A stretch of 52,626 bases of DNA from an uncultured Gammaproteobacteria bacterium (GCA_964616855.1 CAZTUJ010000006.1:1-52626); one strand, 5' to 3'. Shown: positions 27,576 through 36,813, counted from the first letter of the stretch. Notes: generated by a model from the sequence alone, not told the origin. Made by a program: numbers and translations.

Positions 27576-28367
27576 TTAATCATTTTTTTCAGTTTCCAGC
27601 GGTCGCCGAGAAGAAGATTGAATAGCGGTGAGATCGTCATAAATCTTCATTCCCCAAGCGGCAATATATTTACGCTCAGCGTAAGGATCACGTGGCACCT
27701 CTTGAAAATTAATGAAACCGCCGGCGGCATGGGGAAATTGATAATATTCGTGCTTAGCTAACGCTTCTTTTAATTGTGTCACGCTCATTCCTTTGCGCAC
27801 TGGGAATTTAGCTTCTTCTTGTAAACGTAAATCTTCAGGATAGTCACGGTTGAAACTGACATTAATCAAGCGGGCAGCAATTTTAATATCACTAATTAAT
27901 TTATTATGATAACGCTTGCGGCTAACTTCAGCTTCAATTTGTTTTTCCAAAAATTTGTCAGCATCAACCTCCTCAGTCTTCCGCATTTTCATCATATAAC
28001 TAATCCCGCTAAGGTAATTACTGACGTCATCTAAAACATTACTCAGCATACCTATAACAGCCGCTTTTCTCTCCTCTAAAACTTTAGTCTCCACCTCGTC
28101 AGTAGCAAATTCTGGTTTAAGACTAACGTTGCGGACTAAATCAACCGTCTCTTTAAAAGCCTTACCGGTCGGAGAGGTAATTTCTAATTTATTTTCACGA
28201 TTCTCAGGCTTAGGCACTTCTTCTCCATTTTTAATTTTTTCCTGTCGTTCCATTTCGTCCTCAGCCAGCATTTCTTCAATTTCTTTTTTTTCAGAAAAAC
28301 CGCCGCCGTAAAGATCGGGGTTTTTATACTGATCACGAAACATTTTTAAAGGGGATTCATAGTCCAT
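27576..28367 (-). CDS. Hypothetical protein
   Basis: 263-aa charged helical ORF directly downstream of tsaE. Confidence 0.65.
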   Translation of the reverse strand: MDYESPLKMFRDQYKNPDLYGGGFSEKKEIEEMLAEDEMERQEKIKNGEEVPKPENRENKLEITSPTGKAFKETVDLVRNVSLKPEFATDEVETKVLEERKAAVIGMLSNVLDDVSNYLSGISYMMKMRKTEEVDADKFLEKQIEAEVSRKRYHNKLISDIKIAARLINVSFNRDYPEDLRLQEEAKFPVRKGMSVTQLKEALAKHEYYQFPHAAGGFINFQEVPRDPYAERKYIAAWGMKIYDDLTAIQSSSRRPLETEKND

Positions 28368-28371
28368 ATAA

Positions 28372-28806
28372 TTAGATAATAATTATTTCTCTATCGGTAG
28401 CCGACAAGGCTTTTAAATAAATATGCATACACTCACTCTCTGCAAGTGTTTCTACCTTCTCCGCCCATTCCACCGCGCTCACCGTATCTACCGCGCCGAG
28501 ATAATCACCGGCGCCAATCTCTAATAGCTCTTTGCCTTGAGAAAGGCGATAGGCGTCGATATGGCACAAACGCTTAATCTGGCCCTTCTTAACCGGATAA
28601 AGCTTCATGATGGTAAAAGTAGGGCTGTTGACTGTCGCTTTAATGCCTAAGCCTGCAGCAATGCCCTGGACTAAGGCGGTCTTACCGGCTCCTAAATCAC
28701 CATACAAAGCTAAAATTTCGCCTCCACGCAAAGACTGGCCTAATTCCTGCCCTAAGGAAAAGGTCTCTTCGGGGCTATGACTGATATAGGTTTTTTTAGC
28801 AGACAT
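28372..28806 (-). CDS. tsaE: tRNA threonylcarbamoyladenosine biosynthesis ATPase
   Basis: GDLGAGKT, SPTF, HIDAYRL, VEWA. Confidence 0.95.
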   Translation of the reverse strand: MSAKKTYISHSPEETFSLGQELGQSLRGGEILALYGDLGAGKTALVQGIAAGLGIKATVNSPTFTIMKLYPVKKGQIKRLCHIDAYRLSQGKELLEIGAGDYLGAVDTVSAVEWAEKVETLAESECMHIYLKALSATDREIIII

Positions 28807-28850
28807 ATTAACATTCTAAAGGATAACGGCGGGAAAATAAAGAGCCTCTA

Positions 28851-28894
28851 TTGACAAGGAAATGACTTTGCGATATAATTAGATATATATCTAA
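28851..28894 (+). promoter_or_regulatory. Consensus promoter plus palindromic operator
   Basis: TTGACA-17 nt-TATAAT (28851-28879) overlapping perfect palindrome TTAGATATATATCTAA (28879-28894). Confidence 0.8.
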
Positions 28895-28904
28895 ATATCT
28901 AAAT

Positions 28905-29189
28905 ATGTTTTTCAATCGCTCTTTTGCCGCTTTAGCGGATCCCAACCGCCAAGCCATCCTCCAAACTTTAAAAAAAGGTGAGTGCCCCGTATCCACAATT
29001 GCGGCCACGCTCGATATTACCCTGGCCACCCTCTCCCATCATCTGGACATCTTAAAACGAGCCGACCTCATTAGTGCCCGGCGCTCCGGCCGCCAAATCT
29101 TCTACAGCTTGAATATGAGCGTCTTTGAAGAAATCAGTGAAGCTTTACTTAAATTTATCGGCCCGAAACAGCCGAAAAAAATAAAATAA
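28905..29189 (+). CDS. ArsR/SmtB family repressor, SdpR-like
   Basis: FAALADPNRQAIL...LSHHLDILK...GRQIFYSLN; adjacent to an SdpI-like gene. Confidence 0.9.
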   Translation: MFFNRSFAALADPNRQAILQTLKKGECPVSTIAATLDITLATLSHHLDILKRADLISARRSGRQIFYSLNMSVFEEISEALLKFIGPKQPKKIK

Positions 29190-29193
29190 AAAT

Positions 29194-29856
29194 ATGGAAA
29201 AAATTACACTCAAAACTGAGTATCGCGCCCTCTTAATTTTGCTCGCCACCATTGGCTTAAGCCTCTGGGCCTATCCTCAACTGCCTCTTCGCGTCGCCTC
29301 GCACTGGGGATTTAATGGTGAAGTCAATGGCTGGATGAGCCGCGACTTTCATTCCATCCTTTTCCCGGCGCTAATGATTGGCATGTATATTATGTTTCTG
29401 GCCGTGCCTTATTTTGATCCTAAAAAAGAACGCTACCTGGAGTTCGCTAAGGTATATCGCCTAATGCGCGATGCCATTCTTTTCATGCTCTTAGGCGTCT
29501 ATGCCACCGCTTCTTTCTATAATCTCAACTACAATATCAATGTCGGTATTATTGTGGCCACTCTTCTCGGTATTTTAATGATTGTTCTCGGCAACTACTT
29601 TGGTAAGCTGAAACGTAATTGGTTTATTGGCCTGCGCAGTCCTTGGGCTCTTTCTTCAGAGAATGTTTGGAACAAAACTCATCGTCTTGGTGGTCGCCTC
29701 TTTATGATTTGGGGAATACTAATAATTATTGCCCCTTGGTTAAACTTTCAAGCAGCTATGGCTATTCTCTTAGGCGGGATTGCCTTAATCATCATCAGCG
29801 TTAACGTCTATGCCTATCAGCTCTATCGCCAAGAGAAAAAACAGAAGATAAGTTAA
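29194..29856 (+). CDS. SdpI family (DUF1648) membrane immunity protein
   Basis: LPLRVASHWG, GNY, NWFIGLRSPW, WNKTHRLGG. Confidence 0.9.
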   Translation: MEKITLKTEYRALLILLATIGLSLWAYPQLPLRVASHWGFNGEVNGWMSRDFHSILFPALMIGMYIMFLAVPYFDPKKERYLEFAKVYRLMRDAILFMLLGVYATASFYNLNYNINVGIIVATLLGILMIVLGNYFGKLKRNWFIGLRSPWALSSENVWNKTHRLGGRLFMIWGILIIIAPWLNFQAAMAILLGGIALIIISVNVYAYQLYRQEKKQKIS

Positions 29857-29871
29857 ATAAATTGAAGCTTT

Positions 29872-29904
29872 AAAAAAACCCGTTCACACTTGAACGGGTT
29901 TTTT
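29872..29904. terminator. Bidirectional terminator
   Basis: AAAAAACCCGTTCA/TGAACGGGTTTTTT. Confidence 0.8.
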
Positions 29905-29911
29905 ATTAACC

Positions 29912-30175
29912 TTATTTTTGAGAATTCTGCCACAGACGCTTAAATAAAGGCAGAGTGAGGGTAGATAAAAGAAAACCAATGGTTGGTACCACAGCATTGA
30001 GATAGGCTTGTTCAATATTAATAGCTAAGAAATATAAGAAGATGGCAAGATAAGTAAAAAGCATTAAGAGAACGCGACGAGCCCAACTCCCCTCCCACTT
30101 CTTATCCAATTCTACCCGCTTATTTCTTTCTTCAATAACCTGTAAACGATGATTTATGTTTAAAATCTCATCCAT
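29912..30175 (-). CDS. Small membrane protein
   Basis: IEERNKRVELDKKWE followed by 2 TM. Confidence 0.7.
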   Translation of the reverse strand: MDEILNINHRLQVIEERNKRVELDKKWEGSWARRVLLMLFTYLAIFLYFLAINIEQAYLNAVVPTIGFLLSTLTLPLFKRLWQNSQK

Positions 30176-30181
30176 AAATAA

Positions 30182-30661
30182 CTAAATAATAATATTACTA
30201 TATTTTGAATAATCAATTGGATCCACAAAAATACCAAACCTAGAGCCTAATAACTTTGATTTATTGCCGAATAAATCATGTCCGGGGTCGATATCTCCTA
30301 CCGGAAATTGAAAAACTGTTTTTCGGCCGCTATTTTGATCAATAAAATAAGCTAAAACAACATATTTTTTCCCATCAGGAGAAAGATAAGATGCAACCCC
30401 GTCAATAGTAACTATTATTTTAACACTATTACTACGATTTAAACCTAAAAAATCCTCCAGTTTCATTCCGCTCTTTTCATATTCATAAAACCATGGCTTA
30501 CCCTTACCTAAGTCTAAATATTTAAAATCAGCAACAGAACTTTCCGCAACCGAATGTTTGGAAGTTAAAATATAAAAAAGCAAAACACCGGCAATGGCTA
30601 ATAAAAATAAAAATAAAAAAGCTAAATTTTCAAAATTAAGCGATTGATAAGAAAACAACAT
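30182..30661 (-). CDS. Hypothetical membrane-anchored protein
   Basis: N-terminal TM; ATG 30661 (ORF track starts at TTG 30670). Confidence 0.55.
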   Translation of the reverse strand: MLFSYQSLNFENLAFLFLFLLAIAGVLLFYILTSKHSVAESSVADFKYLDLGKGKPWFYEYEKSGMKLEDFLGLNRSNSVKIIVTIDGVASYLSPDGKKYVVLAYFIDQNSGRKTVFQFPVGDIDPGHDLFGNKSKLLGSRFGIFVDPIDYSKYSNIII

Positions 30662-30691
30662 AGACCTCAATAAATAATATTTATAAAAATT

Positions 30692-31192
30692 TTATTTTAC
30701 TACACAATGAGGCAAAGCTAAACAACCAGAATCACCACAACTTTGATATTCACAGATCAATGAAGGCTCACAAATAGCTTTATTAGCGGCGCGGCTACTA
30801 CAAACATCACTAATAGAGTATGGGGAGAAGGCTTGCAGATAAAGCTCTCTGCCGAATCTTACCATATAAGGAAGTGCACAAATCAACAAAACAGACGCGA
30901 GATAATAAATTGATATAATAAAACTCTTATCAGCACTTATATTAAAATATTTTCTAAAAAGGAAAAAACCAACCAACAAGCCAAGCAATGCAGGAATAAT
31001 AATTACTAAATAACCATCAGTATTAATTATCGCCAAGATAGATAATAAAATAATGGTCTTAATAACCACAGAAGAAAGTAAAGATTTTTTATAAGTAACC
31101 TCAAGTAAGCCCTTATTTTTAATAATGAATTTAAGAGTAAAAGCATCCACCAAGGAACAAATTAATAGGATAAATAATAAAATAAAAATCAT
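30692..31192 (-). CDS. Membrane protein with C-terminal six-Cys domain
   Basis: 4 TM then CSSRAANKAICEPSLICEYQSCGDSGCLALPHC. Confidence 0.65.
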   Translation of the reverse strand: MIFILLFILLICSLVDAFTLKFIIKNKGLLEVTYKKSLLSSVVIKTIILLSILAIINTDGYLVIIIPALLGLLVGFFLFRKYFNISADKSFIISIYYLASVLLICALPYMVRFGRELYLQAFSPYSISDVCSSRAANKAICEPSLICEYQSCGDSGCLALPHCVVK

Positions 31193-31210
31193 AATTTGTA
31201 TAATTAAATA

Positions 31211-31452
31211 TTATTGCTTAAATATTGAAACACATTCTTCCCTGGGCTCAACATCTGGGCAGGAAATCTCCCCATTATCAAAATGACTACATGGGTATGG
31301 AACTTCTATTTTTTTACAGTCCCAACGATCACAAGCATCTAAATCTGAGCAATTGGAATAATAATTATTCTGGTAAATATAAAATAGATAGAAAAAAGTT
31401 AGTAAAAAAATGCTATCACCACTGCAATTCTAAGAAATTTTTTACGAATCAT
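31211..31452 (-). pseudogene. Frameshifted gene for an 80-aa TM + six-Cys protein
   Basis: ATG at 31452; frame breaks in T7 tract (plus-strand A7, 31404-31410); one added T restores an ORF to TAA at 31211. Confidence 0.7.
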
Positions 31453-31501
31453 ATTAATTTTTAGAGTATACAAATATAGAAGCTGAGTTGGTAAAATTTC
31501 T

Positions 31502-31993
31502 TTATTTTTGAGACTTACCTTTGGATACAAACTGACTCTGGCTAAAAGATTTAAGCTTAGTATTTTCGTCTATAACTTCATTGCTTTGATCAAAAATATC
31601 ACATTCATGTTGCCAATCTTGGATAGAGTAAAGCTGATCTTGACCAAGATTAGATTCTGCAATAGCCTTAGAGATAGCGGCTCGATAATTAGCTTCTAAC
31701 TCAACAAAAATACCATCAACAAATATTTCAAGACTAAAGTTCGGAGCACCAACGACTTCCCGCTCACTCTCTAAAACTATTTTTATAAAATCACGAATGC
31801 GAAAATGGTCATTTGGATTATATTTAGAAACCGGGTCAAATTCGCCTATTGAGTTGATTTTCTTGGTAACATCCATCAATTTATTTGCCAATTCCTCGGC
31901 CAACAATCGGCGAATATCAAACTCAGTTATAACTTTTTCTGTCCCTGGCCGTTCAACGACTTTAAATTGATAAATTTCACTCATATTATTCAT
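31502..31993 (-). CDS. Hypothetical protein
   Basis: 163-aa ORF; TGATATAAT on the minus strand at 32011-32019. Confidence 0.6.
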   Translation of the reverse strand: MNNMSEIYQFKVVERPGTEKVITEFDIRRLLAEELANKLMDVTKKINSIGEFDPVSKYNPNDHFRIRDFIKIVLESEREVVGAPNFSLEIFVDGIFVELEANYRAAISKAIAESNLGQDQLYSIQDWQHECDIFDQSNEVIDENTKLKSFSQSQFVSKGKSQK

Positions 31994-32109
31994 ATTATAA
32001 ATATATTTATATTATATCATATCTATAAGTCGGGATAAACTAAGCAAAATGATTGTTAAAAAAAATAAATAAAACCTTGAATAACAACTCCTAGACTAGC
32101 CAAAAATAT

Positions 32110-32135
32110 AAAAAACACCCCGTTGGGTGTTTTTT
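32110..32135 (-). terminator. Terminator after tRNA-Val
   Basis: AAAAAACACCC/GGGTGTTTTTT. Confidence 0.75.
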
Positions 32136-32139
32136 AATG

Positions 32140-32213
32140 TGGGCGCACAAGGATTCGAACCCTGGACCCCTTCGGTGTAAACGAAGTGCTCTAACCAGCT
32201 GAGCTATGCGCCC
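32140..32213 (-). tRNA. tRNA-Val(TAC)
   Basis: GGGCGCA acceptor, anticodon arm CTTCG-TTTACAC-CGAAG, GGTTCGAATCC; no CCA. Confidence 0.95.
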
Positions 32214-32223
32214 TCATAAGGGG

Positions 32224-32307
32224 TGGGCGAAAGAGGATTTGAACCTCCACGGCCTTGCGGCCACAAGCCCCTCAAGCTTGCGTGTCTACCAATTTCACCA
32301 TCCGCCC
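32224..32307 (-). tRNA. tRNA-Leu(GAG)
   Basis: Anticodon arm CAAGC-TTGAGGG-GCTTG, variable arm GGCCGCAAGGCC, GGTTCAAATCC. Confidence 0.93.
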
Positions 32308-32362
32308 TTCGATAAAGGGGCAACAACGCCCCTTTATATAAATCGATTGTAAATAATATTAA

Positions 32363-32722
32363 TTAACGTACAACTTTCTCCGTCAATTTCTTCTTATAAC
32401 CTCTCTTTAGGAAATAAAGCTTAGCGCGACGTACTTCCGCGATCTTCTTCACTTCAATCTTGGTGATGGTCGGTAAATTCAAAGGGAAAATTTTCTCCAC
32501 GCCAACACCGTCAGAAACTTTTCGGACCGTGATGGTGCCGCCTTTTTCCTTGTTATGTTTGCGGGCGATAATCATGCCTTCAAAATATTGAATGCGTTCT
32601 TTTTCTTCACCTTTAGAATTTAATTCTTTAATTTTCTGATGAACACGGACAGTCATCCCTGGTTTTAACTCCAGCTCGACAGTCTTCTGTTCCTCTTTAG
32701 ATTCAGTTTTTTTCTCGGACAT
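32363..32722 (-). CDS. rplS: 50S ribosomal protein L19
   Basis: PGMTVRVH...ERIQYFEG...VRK...GVGVEKIFP...VRRAKLYFL. Confidence 0.97.
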   Translation of the reverse strand: MSEKKTESKEEQKTVELELKPGMTVRVHQKIKELNSKGEEKERIQYFEGMIIARKHNKEKGGTITVRKVSDGVGVEKIFPLNLPTITKIEVKKIAEVRRAKLYFLKRGYKKKLTEKVVR

Positions 32723-32808
32723 ATAAATTTGGCAAAAACCAGAAACGAGATGCTAGCCACCTCGTTCGGTCTAAATTACTTAAGTCTTGTCTAATATTAT
32801 AATCAAAA

Positions 32809-33372
32809 TTAAGACTTGTCAAGGCGAGAGCGCACAAAGGCGTAAACTTGCTCAAAGGACTCTTCTGGGCTTAGATTAGTCGTATTTAAATAAAAATCGT
32901 AATGGGCCTGGTCATAGACTTCAATGCCATAATATTTCTGATAACGCAAATTATCACTGGCTAATCTCTGTCTTAAACTCGCCTTCACCGCCTCTACGCT
33001 TTCCAGACCATCGCCCTCATTTCTTTCATTTTTTTCCTGTAAATGGCCAAAAATACGCTCAGCTCCCTCATCTTCATCAACGTCTAGGTAGATTTTTAGA
33101 GAGTGGGGGATAAAATACCAAGAGGTGCGCCCCTCAATAATGAAGTTATCTTGCGTCAAACCTAGATTCTTCTGATATTCATCCACCTCTTGATCGGTGG
33201 CGGCATCCTTTTCCCCTAAAAGATTGTATTCGGTTAAAGATAAACCGCGGCGAGCGGCCGCCTCGCGACGTAAGCCCCCCATATAGTAACGCGGCCAAGA
33301 CAAGGCGTCGGCTAGCTTCTGGGCAATAGTTGATTTACCGGAACCATGAGCTCCGCTGAGAGAAATAATCAT
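32809..33372 (-). CDS. cmk: Cytidylate kinase (archaeal-type family)
   Basis: SGAHGSGKST, IIEGRTS, RYQKYYGI, YD...NT. Confidence 0.85.
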   Translation of the reverse strand: MIISLSGAHGSGKSTIAQKLADALSWPRYYMGGLRREAAARRGLSLTEYNLLGEKDAATDQEVDEYQKNLGLTQDNFIIEGRTSWYFIPHSLKIYLDVDEDEGAERIFGHLQEKNERNEGDGLESVEAVKASLRQRLASDNLRYQKYYGIEVYDQAHYDFYLNTTNLSPEESFEQVYAFVRSRLDKS

Positions 33373-33541
33373 AAAAAAATAAAAAGCGCGGAATAAGCAC
33401 GCCGATTACACGCTTTGGCCTTTAAAAATCCTGATTTTACTTTTACCCGGAAATTATACTATAATAATACCATATTTAAGAGAAGGAGCAAGTCGCTAAA
33501 ACAGCGAAAATGCTATTAATCACGCGCCTACGCGCTTTTTT

Positions 33542-36500
33542 ATGTATTTAGAAAAACTAGAAATCCAAGGATTTAAATCTTTTGCGAATAAGAATAAGCT
33601 GATTTTTTCCAGCAAAATCGACCAAAATGGTCGCCGCGGTCTCACCGCCGTGGTCGGCCCCAACGGTTCCGGCAAATCTAATATTGCTGATGCTGTCCGC
33701 TGGGTTTTGGGCGAACAAAGTCTCAAAACTCTGCGTGGTAAAAAAAGCGAAGACGTCATCTTTTCTGGCTCTGATCAAAAAAGCCAATTAAGCATGGCCG
33801 AAGTATCGCTCTATCTCAATAATGCTGACCACCAAATAATGCCGGTAGTGACTAATCCTTTATCAGAAACAGAAGCTGGTCCCGAGACCGACGCCTCCGG
33901 CCGCTCCTTATCGCCTTTAGACTACGATGAAATTGTCATTACCCGCCGCCTTTTCCGCAACGGCGACAGCGAATATCTACTCAATAACAATCGCGTGCGC
34001 TTAGCCGATATTCAAATTCTCTTAGCCAAAGCTAACGTCGGTCAAAAGACCTACAGCGTCATCGGCCAGGGGATGGTGGAAAATTTTCTCAACACCGGCG
34101 CCGCTGAACGTAAAGATTTTTTTGACGAAGCAACGGGTGTTAAACAATTTCAAATTAAGCGTGACAGCGCTTTAAATAAATTAGAGAGCAGCTACGAAAA
34201 TCTCCGCCAAGTAGAAATGTTGCTAAGCGAAATTCGGCCCCGCCTAAAAATGCTCACCCGCCAAGTAGATAAATTAAAAAAGCGCGGACAGCTAGAAGAA
34301 GAATTAACTGCTCGTCAACACCGCTACTATTTCCGTCTCTGGCAGGATATTAATGAAAAATTCAATCGAGCTAATACCGAGCTCTTAGTGTTAGAAAAAA
34401 GTAAACGGGAAAAAGAAGGACGCTTAGAGAAAATAAATTTAGAGCTTAATGAAATTAAAAGCAGCGATGACGCCGCCCTAATTTCCACCTTGCAGGAAAA
34501 TATTAGAAAGGCCCAAAACGAACGGACTGACATCGTAAAAGATATTGCTCGTCTCAATGCGGAACTAGAATTACAACTAGAGTCTCAGGGGCAGTTTGAT
34601 GTTGCCTGGCTCAATAACAAACACGAAGAACTAAAAACTGAACAAAAACGCCTGCAAGAAGAAATCGCTTTATTAGACGGCCGCCCCCAGGAAGCTAAGG
34701 AGCTTGAATTGCGCACCCGCTTACAGAAAATTGGAGAAGAAATCAGCCAGCGCGAAAATATTAAACGCCAAAACGAACGTAAAGAAGAAGAAAAACAGCA
34801 GCTTTTCAAACAATTATCCCGCTTAGACGCAGTCTTAGAAGCCAATTTGGAAGCTCAAGGGCAGTTTGATGTTGCTTGGCTCAATAACAAACATGAAGAA
34901 CTAAAACGGGCAGTCGATACTTTAGCTAAGGAAATTGGTGCGATTAATTTAGAAGAAGCGCGCGGCCTCATTAAAGGCTTAGAAGAACAGCGCTCCCAGC
35001 TCGACAGTCTCATCGCTCGTGGCAACAATGAATTACAAAGCATTAACCGGGAATTAAAAGCGAGCGGCAAACCCGCCGCCGGCCGGGAAGAAATCAACCG
35101 TAGCATTGATGAATTTCTTAAACGCTTAGACGATATTAAAGTCGAACAAGACTTAAATAAAATTAAAAGCTTAATTGAAGAAGCCAAACAAGAATTCCAA
35201 AAACAAATTCGCTCTCTGATTGATGGTGAAAATGCCTCTAAACTTGAAAAAGCTAAAACTCTTCAAGAAGAAATCATCGGCTACAGCGAAAAACGCCAAG
35301 CCCTGATGGCAGAAATCAACGAATTGCGCCTTGACCTTTCCACCCGCCAAGAACGCAAACGGCTCCTAGAAGCCCAGCAGGGACAAACGGAACGAGAGAT
35401 TAAAGATATCCAGGAAAAAATTGCTAAGAGCCAGGTTAAATTTGACGCTGAAAAAATTAATCAAGAAAAACAAGAACTGAACCAGCGCCTCCAGGCTCTG
35501 GAAATAGAAATAAAAACAGCTACTACCGCTGGCGATATTAGTGCTCTTCTCGCTGACCGCCAAGCTTTAGTGAATGAATTAAACGAATGTCGCCTCAGCG
35601 GTGCCTCCCAGCAAGATAAACTAAAGCTCTACGAAGAGCAAAAAAGACAAAACGAAAAAGAGATTAAAGATATCCAGGAAAAAATTGCTAAGAGCCAGGT
35701 TAAATTTGATGCCGCTAAACTTGAAAGCGAAAAAAAGTCTCTAGAACAAACTCTTAAATCCCTAGACACTCAACTCAATGGCTGGCAAGAAGAAACCCGG
35801 ATATATAATACCGGTCGCGAAGAGGAAAAAAGACAAATGTTTGCCTATCAAAGTCAGATTCAGGGACTGCAAACGGAAATCAATCAGCTCTCGGAGCAGA
35901 TTAATAATCTCAAGATTGAATCTGCCCGCCAAGAAACCCGTTTAGAAGACTTGGAAAACAATATCCGCGATGACAGTTTAGAAATGAGTGCCATTAAACA
36001 ATACCAAGAAACTAGCGGTGAAGAAATCGATGATGAACGACTGCGCAAACGCATCAATGAATTAAAAAGTCAGCTGGAAATGATTGGTGGTATTGATCCA
36101 GAAACTGAAAAAGAATTTAACGAAACGGATCAGCGCTATCAATTCTTAGATAAACAAACAATTGATTTAGACAACGCCATCCAATCGCTAGAAAAAGTAA
36201 TTGCGGAACTTGATTTAAATATCAAGGAAAAATTCGAACAAGAATTCAAGATTATCTCAGAAAAATTTAGCGAATATTTCAAGATATTATTCAATGGTGG
36301 GGCCGCTAAAATCTTTAAATTGGAAAGTCTCGAAGCTAACGAAGAAAACGGGACCAGTCCTGATAATAACGGTCTAGCCCCCGAAGACGATCGCAGTAAG
36401 CGCCTGAAACAGTTACGGAAGCGCAACGCTCTCGGCTTAGCGGGCATCGAAATTCAAGCTACTCCTCCTGGTAAAAAAATTCAAACCATCTCTATGCTTT

Positions 36501-36793
36501 CCGGTGGCGAAAGAGCTTTAACGGCGATTGCTCTAATCTGTGCAATTATTAGTGCCAACCCCTCTCCTTTTGTGATTTTAGATGAAGTGGACGCGGCCTT
36601 AGATGAAGCTAATTCCGAGCGCCTAGCCCAAATTCTAGACGATCTCTCAGAAAAGACGCAGTTTGTCACTATTACCCATAATCGCGCCTCCATGAAGCGG
36701 GCTAGCATTATTTACGGGGTCACCATGAAAGCTGATGGTGTCAGCCAATTACTCAGCATCCGTTTAGATGATATTGCCGCTTTTAAGAACTAA
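33542..36793 (+). CDS. smc: SMC family chromosome segregation ATPase, atypical (no recognisable hinge)
   Basis: GFKSF, GPNGSGKSN (Walker A), IGQG (Q-loop), LSGGE, ILDEVDAALD, ITH. Confidence 0.92.
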   Translation: MYLEKLEIQGFKSFANKNKLIFSSKIDQNGRRGLTAVVGPNGSGKSNIADAVRWVLGEQSLKTLRGKKSEDVIFSGSDQKSQLSMAEVSLYLNNADHQIMPVVTNPLSETEAGPETDASGRSLSPLDYDEIVITRRLFRNGDSEYLLNNNRVRLADIQILLAKANVGQKTYSVIGQGMVENFLNTGAAERKDFFDEATGVKQFQIKRDSALNKLESSYENLRQVEMLLSEIRPRLKMLTRQVDKLKKRGQLEEELTARQHRYYFRLWQDINEKFNRANTELLVLEKSKREKEGRLEKINLELNEIKSSDDAALISTLQENIRKAQNERTDIVKDIARLNAELELQLESQGQFDVAWLNNKHEELKTEQKRLQEEIALLDGRPQEAKELELRTRLQKIGEEISQRENIKRQNERKEEEKQQLFKQLSRLDAVLEANLEAQGQFDVAWLNNKHEELKRAVDTLAKEIGAINLEEARGLIKGLEEQRSQLDSLIARGNNELQSINRELKASGKPAAGREEINRSIDEFLKRLDDIKVEQDLNKIKSLIEEAKQEFQKQIRSLIDGENASKLEKAKTLQEEIIGYSEKRQALMAEINELRLDLSTRQERKRLLEAQQGQTEREIKDIQEKIAKSQVKFDAEKINQEKQELNQRLQALEIEIKTATTAGDISALLADRQALVNELNECRLSGASQQDKLKLYEEQKRQNEKEIKDIQEKIAKSQVKFDAAKLESEKKSLEQTLKSLDTQLNGWQEETRIYNTGREEEKRQMFAYQSQIQGLQTEINQLSEQINNLKIESARQETRLEDLENNIRDDSLEMSAIKQYQETSGEEIDDERLRKRINELKSQLEMIGGIDPETEKEFNETDQRYQFLDKQTIDLDNAIQSLEKVIAELDLNIKEKFEQEFKIISEKFSEYFKILFNGGAAKIFKLESLEANEENGTSPDNNGLAPEDDRSKRLKQLRKRNALGLAGIEIQATPPGKKIQTISMLSGGERALTAIALICAIISANPSPFVILDEVDAALDEANSERLAQILDDLSEKTQFVTITHNRASMKRASIIYGVTMKADGVSQLLSIRLDDIAAFKN
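34589..34906 (+). repeat. Direct repeat in SMC N-terminal arm (48 bp, 270-bp period)
   Basis: 34589-34636 and 34859-34906, 2 mismatches; both encode GQFDVAWLNNKHEELK. Confidence 0.93.
35395..35709 (+). repeat. Direct repeat in SMC C-terminal arm (51 bp, 264-bp period)
   Basis: 35395-35445 and 35659-35709 identical; both encode EIKDIQEKIAKSQVKFD. Confidence 0.93.
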
Positions 36794-36813
36794 AAAATGA
36801 AATTAGGAAAGAA

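Noticed and set aside
31225-31464. 79-aa plus-strand ORF
   Set aside because: Better explained as antisense to the frameshifted minus-strand six-Cys gene.
33520-36708. Multiple antisense ORFs within smc
   Set aside because: Ser/Leu/Phe-rich shadows of a coiled-coil gene; two share a C-terminus only because of the smc repeat.
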